IMG/VR virus record: IMGVR_UViG_3300025141_012307 | Strand: one strand, 5' to 3' | Source of the DNA: an uncultured virus (IMG/VR IMGVR_UViG_3300025141_012307) | Taxonomy: Duplodnaviria; Heunggongvirae; Uroviricota; Caudoviricetes | DNA: 20,000 nucleotides | Shown here: positions 10,336-17,085 of the stretch, one piece after another | How the letters are laid out: each line of letters starts with the position of its first letter | How positions within the stretch are numbered: position 1 is the stretch's first letter | Notes under the pieces: model-generated | What the model saw: only the letters and a program-made list of their open reading frames with translations | Database searches by the model: none | Told to the model about the DNA's origin: nothing | Translations under genes and position numbers: made by a program

Positions 10336-11559
10336 ATGCCATACCTCCACCGGTTCGAGAAAGACGACATATTAATTAATCGGATGGTCACACATCCGCA
10401 ATATGAATTTACGTTATATAGCGGATCTGCGTATATTAACAATGATCGTAACTTAGGGCTTAACGTACCCGATGGGTATCTAAGTCTTTACGAATATAAT
10501 ATTAATCGGACTGAAGTCGCGACTGTTGGCGGGGCAAACGCAGTGCCATCTTCTTTAATCACACCATATGTTATACGTGATGGGAATTGGCTGGCTTTTC
10601 GATCCATCACTACCTCTAGTTATAGCGAAGACCTCCCAGGAACCATACTGACAGCATCTTATCCAATGACCTCCTCGATCCGCCGAGAATTCCAGCCTTC
10701 CCGAGCGTGGCCATTTCCCGACGGAACTAACGCTGCTAAGACTAGTTTCGTCGAGCATCGTAAAAACCTAATGGCACTAAAAAATACAATGAACTATTAT
10801 CGCTATCTAAGTGACAAATATGAGTTCACCAGGGCATATGTCTCTGGCGCGGTAAACATGGTCGAGATCCCATCAATATTTTACGGAAGCTCCATTGCAA
10901 AGGGCTCCGTCAGTTTAAAGTTTTATTTTACTGGCACACTAGTCGATGAGGCAATTGATTCCCGTCAGAATGGAGAATTAATTTCCACGAGGGGTACACT
11001 GAGCGGATCAACTATCGGGATGGTTTTGTATAACGAGGGGTATATGCTCATAACCTCTTCTGCCGATATCGGCGCAGCCACTACTGCTGACGACTATTTG
11101 GCGGATGGTTCACAGACTCAAGCAAAATGGCTTTATTTCGGCGCATATTCTCAAGCTAGTATTTCTGCAAGCTCTGGGGGTTATGCTAGTGCTAGTTTAT
11201 TTTCTGTCAACTTTAAAGGAACACAGAAGATTCCAACAATGACAATGTTCGCTACCGCTAAAAAGGGAGAAGTAAATAATTCTCTTAATCCTACTTGGCC
11301 AAGTTCTTCCAACGGTGATTGGCGAGCTAATATTCTCACTGGCTCCGGAGGCTATATTGAGCCCAGACAGCTTAAAATCACAAATACAATCCAGAATGAG
11401 TACTGTGAGTATGACTCTCCTTTTGAAAAGCAAACCTTCATCAGCGAGATTGGTATATTTGATGAGCATAAAAATCTAATTGGCGTGGCCAAGCTTGCAA
11501 ACCCTGTGAAGAAAAAGGAAAGCCAAGACTTCACATTTAAACTAAAGTTGGACATGTAG
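10336..11559 (+). CDS. Putative virion structural (tail/baseplate) protein, 407 aa; paralog of the 9268 protein
   Basis: Strong SD AGGAGGT upstream; shares G.V.Y..G..ilT, N.S.NPT and C-terminal FISEIGIFDEHKNLIGVAKLANPVKK...KLD with the 9268 protein. Confidence 0.65.
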   Translation: MPYLHRFEKDDILINRMVTHPQYEFTLYSGSAYINNDRNLGLNVPDGYLSLYEYNINRTEVATVGGANAVPSSLITPYVIRDGNWLAFRSITTSSYSEDLPGTILTASYPMTSSIRREFQPSRAWPFPDGTNAAKTSFVEHRKNLMALKNTMNYYRYLSDKYEFTRAYVSGAVNMVEIPSIFYGSSIAKGSVSLKFYFTGTLVDEAIDSRQNGELISTRGTLSGSTIGMVLYNEGYMLITSSADIGAATTADDYLADGSQTQAKWLYFGAYSQASISASSGGYASASLFSVNFKGTQKIPTMTMFATAKKGEVNNSLNPTWPSSSNGDWRANILTGSGGYIEPRQLKITNTIQNEYCEYDSPFEKQTFISEIGIFDEHKNLIGVAKLANPVKKKESQDFTFKLKLDM

Positions 11560-11570
11560 TATACTACAGT
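11537..11570 (+). promoter_or_regulatory. Possible sigma70-type promoter (TTAAAC-17-TATACT) for a leaderless resolvase mRNA, overlapped by a 14-bp palindrome
   Basis: TATACT at 11560-11565 ends 5 nt before ATG 11571; no SD; weak -35 at 11537-11542; perfect palindrome TGTAGTATACTACA at 11555-11568. Confidence 0.4.
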
Positions 11571-12143
11571 ATGATCCTTGGTTTAGACATTTCTACCTCC
11601 ATCGTCGGAGTGGCGGTTATTGATGACCGCAAACTCGTACTCAGCACCCACTGGGATCTTTCCAAACTCGATACCCTGTTTTCTAAAGCAGAGCTAGTCG
11701 GATCAGAGCTTTGGCAGATTCGCAACAATTATAATATTGAGCACATATTCATCGAAACAGCCTTAAAGAAGTTTATCCCAGGACGATCAAGAGCCGACAC
11801 CCTCATGAAGCTTGCCAAATTTAATGGTATTGTTTCATGGATGTGTTATGACAGTTTTGAAAGAGAGCCCACCTACTTGAACGTTAACAGTGCCCGATCA
11901 CTCTATGGCTTATCTTTTCCCCGCGGAACAAAGGGACCAAAGAGAAAGAAGATGGTTATTGAAAGCGTTATCGAAAAAGAGAAGAGCGCTTTTAAATATG
12001 AGATGGCTCGGGGCGGAAGAAACTACAAAAAGGGAACTGACGACCGTGCAGACGCTATCGTAATAGCCAGAGCCGGAGAGTTTCTCTTGCGCAATAAAGA
12101 CAACAAAGGGTTCTTGACGGAAAAGATAGTATTAGTTGATTAG
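11571..12143 (+). CDS. ruvC: RuvC-like Holliday junction resolvase (RNase H fold), phage type
   Basis: MILGLDISTSIVGVAVI (catalytic Asp strand), IFIE (catalytic Glu), DDRADAIVIA (C-terminal acidic pair); typical length of 190 aa. Symbol is family-level. Confidence 0.85.
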   Translation: MILGLDISTSIVGVAVIDDRKLVLSTHWDLSKLDTLFSKAELVGSELWQIRNNYNIEHIFIETALKKFIPGRSRADTLMKLAKFNGIVSWMCYDSFEREPTYLNVNSARSLYGLSFPRGTKGPKRKKMVIESVIEKEKSAFKYEMARGGRNYKKGTDDRADAIVIARAGEFLLRNKDNKGFLTEKIVLVD

Positions 12144-12161
12144 TGTACTAAATATATTATG
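12132..12161 (+). repeat. Direct repeat copy 1 (ttagttgattagtgtactaaatatattATG), including late-promoter-like TAAATA at 12149-12154
   Basis: 25/30 identity to 13226-13255, first 13 nt exact, both ending on the start codon. Confidence 0.75.
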
Positions 12162-13229
12162 GATAAAATAAATGAAAACTGGCAGAGGTACCTTCTCACT
12201 GAAATAAAAGCCCGTGCAGCAACCCGACAACTTACAAGAATTTATATGCTAATGCTTCGTACTTTTATAACACAAGAGGACCAACAAGGACTGACGTATG
12301 ACAAGGAGGAGTTCCCCGCTTATCGTGAGAAATGGAGAACAGAAGGTAAAGTAGTTTTGATCACCGCCGGAAAATATGGAGATATTTTATCGGAAGGATT
12401 AGATAAGGTACCTACATTATTGGACCAATGGCTTAAAGATGGGCTTCCCAAGTCACTATTGAATAATTTAAGACTAAGGCTGTCTTTGAGCCCTGGTGTA
12501 GATAGATCCATTTCTGGACCGGCGGCAGGAAGTGTTTTTTCACTGATCGGCGGCGGAGCGGAAAAAACAGGAATCTCAATAAGAATAGCATATGACAAAG
12601 AATTATTCTCTAAAAATGCGGAGCAGGATCTTGGGAAGTTATTGTCTACCTTGGATGGGGTTCTCTACCATGAGTTTGTTCACTACCTCCAAGAGAACGA
12701 TCTGATAAAATCCAGTGGGCAACAAAAAAGCGATATCCCCGACGGCCCAGCCATAATAAAACAGTTTCAAAAACAAATAGAAGCCGGAATCAAACAAGAC
12801 ACTACACCCTTTGTTGAATATATGCTACAGCCTGCTGAGATTGAGGGTCATGCTCGTGGTTATTATCTTGATTCCCGCAATCTAGGAGTCCCATGGGAAC
12901 AACTTATTGACCAGTTTTTTGAAGATGTGGTCACATTCACCCAAAGCACAGGCAAATGGATGGAAGTCCCCTCAACCCCCCAACAAATAGATGATATGCG
13001 TAACCAATTAGATACTCGCGTAAAGCCTGAGCTTATCAAATATGCTCAAAAGAATTTACCCTGTGCGATGATGAACAATGGCAAGCCAGTATCCCCTAGG
13101 TGCAATAAGCCTTCCAAAATCAGAAAAATATCCAACCAAGCCCTTAAAAAAATGAAGACCATTTGGGGTGGAGCCCAGGGACTTGCCGCCATGGCCAAGA
13201 AGAAGTCTCCGTTTGGTAAATATCTTTAG
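12159..13229 (+). CDS. Putative zincin-like metallopeptidase (HExxH), 356 aa, with candidate capsid-targeting leader
   Basis: LYHEFVHYLQ at about 12663-12692, downstream YMLQPAEIEGHARG supplying a candidate third Glu ligand; N-terminus MDKINENWQRYLLTE. Confidence 0.7.
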   Translation: MDKINENWQRYLLTEIKARAATRQLTRIYMLMLRTFITQEDQQGLTYDKEEFPAYREKWRTEGKVVLITAGKYGDILSEGLDKVPTLLDQWLKDGLPKSLLNNLRLRLSLSPGVDRSISGPAAGSVFSLIGGGAEKTGISIRIAYDKELFSKNAEQDLGKLLSTLDGVLYHEFVHYLQENDLIKSSGQQKSDIPDGPAIIKQFQKQIEAGIKQDTTPFVEYMLQPAEIEGHARGYYLDSRNLGVPWEQLIDQFFEDVVTFTQSTGKWMEVPSTPQQIDDMRNQLDTRVKPELIKYAQKNLPCAMMNNGKPVSPRCNKPSKIRKISNQALKKMKTIWGGAQGLAAMAKKKSPFGKYL

Positions 13230-13255
13230 TTGATTAGTATCCTATATATTGTATG
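13226..13255 (+). repeat. Direct repeat copy 2 (ttagttgattagtatcctatatattgtATG), including late-promoter-like TATATA at 13243-13248
   Basis: 1094 bp downstream of copy 1, with identical 27-nt spacing from repeat start to ATG. Confidence 0.75.
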
Positions 13256-14002
13256 AAAATAACTCCCGAACACATTAGGCACCTTATTAAAGAGGAACTA
13301 AGCCAACTCTTTGAGAGTGCAAAGCAATACTACATTGTAGTCCCCGATGATGGCTCGGCAATACTCTATAACGACCAAAACAAAAAAGTATCTAACCTGT
13401 ACAACGCGATGGATTGGGCAAGAGACCCAGAGAGGATCTATGGCGACGCAAGAGATGCTTATCTGCATGCCGACGCGCTTAATCAATTTTATGAAAAGAC
13501 ACACCCTCAGGAGAAGCGTAGTCGAAAATCTATGAGTGGACAGGAGTCTAATATCACTTTTAACAGTAAAGAGTGGTGGGAGAGGGCATATGGCTATTTC
13601 AAGGAGGGGGAAATACTCCCAGAGGAGGAGGGAAGATTCTCTGGGCACCCTAACATTTCCCCGGCTATGATGAAATCGCTAGCTGGCGTTTTTTCACAAT
13701 TCGACAGAAAAACTCCCCTGGAAAGCATCTCGTACCTCGCCCCGGCCTCCCCGGCTGGATCCGCCGCAGCCACCGGAGCCTCGTTCAAGCCTATCATTCC
13801 AGATCCCGAAGAACTAAAAGAGAAGCCACCCAAGAGCAAATGGTCATCTCCTTTTGCGCGCAGTAAACCTACACCAGCAGGTGATGGATCTTCTACAGTT
13901 CCTGCTGGCCCTGCTACACCATCCACACCAAAGCCAACAAAAGGTCAAACAAAGCAAGACCGATTAGCGGCGATTTTAGCCGGCAGCGGCGGAGCTTTTT
14001 GA
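13253..14002 (+). CDS. Hypothetical protein (249 aa) with MKIT...IRHLIKEEL leader and Pro/Ala/Ser/Lys-rich disordered C-terminus
   Basis: ORF fills the gap between neighbours; leader clearly similar to the 16702 protein (MKITKSQLRKIIKEAI). Confidence 0.75.
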   Translation: MKITPEHIRHLIKEELSQLFESAKQYYIVVPDDGSAILYNDQNKKVSNLYNAMDWARDPERIYGDARDAYLHADALNQFYEKTHPQEKRSRKSMSGQESNITFNSKEWWERAYGYFKEGEILPEEEGRFSGHPNISPAMMKSLAGVFSQFDRKTPLESISYLAPASPAGSAAATGASFKPIIPDPEELKEKPPKSKWSSPFARSKPTPAGDGSSTVPAGPATPSTPKPTKGQTKQDRLAAILAGSGGAF

Positions 14003-14004
14003 TT

Positions 14005-15078
14005 ATGAGTAACAACGAATACAAAAAGTATATAACAACCTGGAAACAGTTCATAAACGAGAATAAAGCTTCAAATATATCTGAAGGCCCCTTCGGCGAT
14101 GCCGCCAAAACGCTTGGATCTCCTGTTTCGCATGAATATTATCGAGGCGCTTTTGGCGGCAAAAAAGCACCAACAGGCAAAGGGATAACCGCTTATCCTA
14201 TAGCCTCCAGAATGGGTGCTGCACAACTTATGGACAAAGGCACAACCTGGCCCACCACGACCCAGGACAAAAAGGCAGTAAGAGCAGTAACAGACTTTGA
14301 AAACAAACTCGGTGATCACACTGTCAACCAAGGCGGACTGGCTTCTTTTGGCTTGGACGCTCGGGCATTTATGATCGCCGACGGCGAGCGCTGCGCAATA
14401 GCAAACAACAACTGGGATGAGCACGGAGAGGCATCATTATGGGTCGCCGCACCCGTTTGGAACTTGGACACCGGAGATCTACTTCCGGGACACGATGGTG
14501 AGGTTAGATTTTTCTTTGATGATCAGGGGCAATATGAAGCATTTCTTCGCTTGTTGAAAGAAGCCATATCCGATACTAAAGGAACAAAGGGCATAATAGG
14601 AGAGTGCTCTGTCAGAATGGTAAACGCGGCCCACGACGACCTCCTCCGACAACACCCAAAAGTCGAGAAAGACCGGTATCAGGATACTCTTCTAGTGCCC
14701 GGTGATCAGATAGGTTCAACAGATCCGAGATATCAAACAAGGGATAAAATTATAGTAGGGACAATGAACATTATATGGAACAATGATTATTTTCCTGCGG
14801 TTGTAGTTTCTTTTGGCGACATTAAAAAACCATATTCAGAATACCCTTATTTTCTCACCCCCGACGGCGCACAAGAATTTTTAAATATAATGAAAAGCAC
14901 GGGATCAAAAGCGGGGGGTGTCTATAAACCAGTGATGGGTAGTAATATGGCGATGCCATCGGTTCCTGCTGTTTATAGTACGGTTTGCCCCAAGAAAAAG
15001 AAAGAAGAGAGCCCTGATTTTGAATTGCAACCCAAAACCAAACCTCCCGGCGCGCTGCCCAGCGGCATCAATTTTTAA
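14005..15078 (+). CDS. Hypothetical protein (357 aa) with WKQFINE leader
   Basis: The track starts at TTG 13999, but ATG 14005 with GGAG at 13991-13994 is the more likely start; no family recognised. Confidence 0.75.
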   Translation: MSNNEYKKYITTWKQFINENKASNISEGPFGDAAKTLGSPVSHEYYRGAFGGKKAPTGKGITAYPIASRMGAAQLMDKGTTWPTTTQDKKAVRAVTDFENKLGDHTVNQGGLASFGLDARAFMIADGERCAIANNNWDEHGEASLWVAAPVWNLDTGDLLPGHDGEVRFFFDDQGQYEAFLRLLKEAISDTKGTKGIIGECSVRMVNAAHDDLLRQHPKVEKDRYQDTLLVPGDQIGSTDPRYQTRDKIIVGTMNIIWNNDYFPAVVVSFGDIKKPYSEYPYFLTPDGAQEFLNIMKSTGSKAGGVYKPVMGSNMAMPSVPAVYSTVCPKKKKEESPDFELQPKTKPPGALPSGINF

Positions 15079-15085
15079 AAACTTC

Positions 15086-15114
15086 TTGACCTAATCCTCA
15101 GTCTGTGCGATAAT
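15086..15114 (+). promoter_or_regulatory. Sigma70-type (early/middle) promoter: TTGACC-17-GATAAT with extended -10 TG
   Basis: TTGACC 15086-15091, TG 15106-15107, GATAAT 15109-15114, all intergenic; SD AAGGAG 15125-15130 precedes ATG 15138. Confidence 0.7.
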
Positions 15115-15137
15115 ATTCATGCGGAAGGAGTACCGTT

Positions 15138-15743
15138 ATGACTTATCAGGTATTCAGTGATATGGATGGCGTCCTCGTCAATTTTGAGGGTGGCGTCCTA
15201 GAGCACATGAACAAGCGTTTTCAGGAACTAAAAGATCAGCCTGATCATCCTGATCACAAACTTGCCCGCTCGGCAGCCAAAGAGCTTGGCGGCTGGGACG
15301 TAGTAATCAGCAGGTGGCACATTGCTCGGTCTGACCAAGAAGGCAGCCTAAAAAGAAACTACCGGACGAGAGACTTCATGTACCGGCTCGTTGAAGACGA
15401 CGCTGAACTCTGGGCCAATCTCGGCTGGGAGCGTGGCGGCAAGAAACTTTGGGATTATATCAAAGACATTCCAGGGCTAGAGATTTTATCAGCCCCAATG
15501 GCTGAAGGCTCCAAGATCGGCAAGCGGATTTGGGTTGAGCGAGAACTGGGCGTCCCAGTTGAAAAAGTCAACTTGGCTGACAGCAAGAAGCCCTACGGAG
15601 TTCACAACGGAAAACAAGGACTTCTGATTGACGACCGTGACAAATATGTCAACGAGTTCCGTGAGGGCGGCGGCATCGCCATTAAACATAATCCAGATGA
15701 CGTGGATAATACGATTAGACAACTTAAAGAACTCGGCTACTAA
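15138..15743 (+). CDS. HAD-superfamily 5'(3')-deoxyribonucleotidase (NT5C-like)
   Basis: Motif I DMDGVL, motif II ILSAP, K..W, motif IV LIDDR, C-terminal GGIAIKH; good SD. Confidence 0.85.
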   Translation: MTYQVFSDMDGVLVNFEGGVLEHMNKRFQELKDQPDHPDHKLARSAAKELGGWDVVISRWHIARSDQEGSLKRNYRTRDFMYRLVEDDAELWANLGWERGGKKLWDYIKDIPGLEILSAPMAEGSKIGKRIWVERELGVPVEKVNLADSKKPYGVHNGKQGLLIDDRDKYVNEFREGGGIAIKHNPDDVDNTIRQLKELGY

Positions 15744-16691
15744 TTGCTCAACGATCCCAACTCAGCGAAGAAGAAAAGAATCCTTGATGAAATCCTTGGC
15801 AGACCTCAACGCCAAGGCAAGGAATATCTTTATCCTTCCCGATGTTGCGGGCACCACAAACGTAAGCTCTCAGTAAACTTTGACAAGAATGTCGGCAAGT
15901 GCTGGGCTTGTGACTGGCGCACCAAAAATTTACGACGCCTAGTCAGGCGTTGGGGCGATATAAGTCACATCCATAGATGGAAAGATTTTGACGCCGATAT
16001 TGAGTTGGGCGACCTAGACAACCTGTTTGCCAAGCAAGAAGAAACTAGCCAACGAATTGACCTTCCAAATGAGTTTCAAACGCTTACAGGTCGTTCCCAC
16101 CCTGCCTCCGCAAGAGTTCCATTAAACTATCTGCGCAAACGTGCCGTTGTAGGTAAAGACGTTCTGTTTTGGAAGATAGGCTACTGCGCTTCCGGGGAAT
16201 ACAAAAACAGGATAATCCTCCCATCATTTGATGAAGAAGGTTATTGTAACTTTTTCACGTCCCGCACATACGACCCTAACATTTGGCCTCCGTATATGAA
16301 CGGACCCGGCAACAAAGACATCATCTTCAACGAACTGCTAATTGACTGGGAGCGAGAGGTGACTTTGGTTGAGGGCGTCTTTGACGCAATCGTTGCTGGC
16401 GAAAACAGCATCCCACTCCTCGGCTCAACCCTACGAGAAGACAGCAGACTTTTCAGGAAGATCGTAAAAAACGACACACCAGTCCTGCTGGGGTTAGACA
16501 ACGACGCACACAAGAAAGCGATGAAACTTGTGAAGGCTTTGCTGGCTTATGATGTAGAAGTTCGCTTAATGGACACCTCTGGATATAAAGACATTGGCGA
16601 AATGCCACGAGATGTGTTTCAAAAACGGAGAGAGAAAGCGTCGTTTATTGATTCTGACGCCTATTTATTCAAGATCGCTTTAATGGCGTGA
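15744..16691 (+). CDS. dnaG: DNA primase (Zn-ribbon + TOPRIM; DnaG/T4 gp61-like)
   Basis: N-terminal CCGHH...KCWAC zinc-binding region, YLRKR, IGYC...RIILP, TOPRIM EGVFDAI and LDNDA, KDIGE. The TTG start is uncertain. Symbol is family-level. Confidence 0.88.
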   Translation: MLNDPNSAKKKRILDEILGRPQRQGKEYLYPSRCCGHHKRKLSVNFDKNVGKCWACDWRTKNLRRLVRRWGDISHIHRWKDFDADIELGDLDNLFAKQEETSQRIDLPNEFQTLTGRSHPASARVPLNYLRKRAVVGKDVLFWKIGYCASGEYKNRIILPSFDEEGYCNFFTSRTYDPNIWPPYMNGPGNKDIIFNELLIDWEREVTLVEGVFDAIVAGENSIPLLGSTLREDSRLFRKIVKNDTPVLLGLDNDAHKKAMKLVKALLAYDVEVRLMDTSGYKDIGEMPRDVFQKRREKASFIDSDAYLFKIALMA

Positions 16692-16701
16692 GGGACAAAA
16701 A

Positions 16702-17010
16702 ATGAAAATCACAAAATCACAACTACGAAAGATTATTAAAGAAGCTATCCGAGAAGAATCCAACCCAAGGCTTGGCGAACTTAATAAAGTAACTTATGTA
16801 GAGGCAGTCCATCCCCAGGGAATGGGATTGTATAAGATAGAGTTGTTCTACAAAGACGGGAAAGAGGAAGTATTGCGGAGCATAGAAAAGTTCAATGAGC
16901 TTTTCGGAACAAACCTCAAACCTAGGGCCGGAGTTATGTCTTTCAAGTATGGTCTCGAAAAAGTAGCACCGCATGTTGAAGTCGAAATTGACGAGATGGA
17001 TGTGTCCTAG
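16702..17010 (+). CDS. Small hypothetical protein (102 aa) with MKITKSQLRKIIKEAIREE leader
   Basis: SD-like GAGGGA upstream; leader shared with the 13253 protein. Confidence 0.75.
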   Translation: MKITKSQLRKIIKEAIREESNPRLGELNKVTYVEAVHPQGMGLYKIELFYKDGKEEVLRSIEKFNELFGTNLKPRAGVMSFKYGLEKVAPHVEVEIDEMDVS

Positions 17011-17035
17011 CTCTCTTAGGTTCCCTTTATTAAAT

Positions 17036-17075
17036 CTCGCACCTATTTATTGAAGGTCTCTTTATAGGCGCGAGG
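17036..17075 (+). promoter_or_regulatory. Inverted repeat (ctcgcacctat / ataggcgcgag) enclosing late-box TATTTA and overlapping the SD of the 17086 gene
   Basis: 11-bp arms at 17036-17046 and 17064-17074 with one mismatch and a 17-nt loop; TATTTA 17044-17049; SD GAGGA 17072-17076. Confidence 0.65.
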
Positions 17076-17085
17076 AATCCCATAA

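Noticed and set aside
11571..12143. RuvC-fold protein as TnpB/Cas12 or a transposase
   Set aside because: Only 190 aa with contiguous resolvase motifs; no zinc finger, no adjacent non-coding RNA space, no terminal repeats and no CRISPR array.
12132..13255. Direct repeats as a CRISPR array or integron attC sites
   Set aside because: Only two copies, 1094 bp apart, with no internal dyad symmetry and no cas or integrase gene in the window.
15234..15257. 9-bp tandem repeat gatcagcct-gatcatcct-gatcac
   Set aside because: Under three imperfect in-frame units encoding DQPDHPDH; ordinary coding micro-duplication.
17006..17030. cctag-ctctc-ttagg followed by ttcccttt as an intrinsic terminator
   Set aside because: Stem of only 4-5 bp and an interrupted U-tract; too weak to call.
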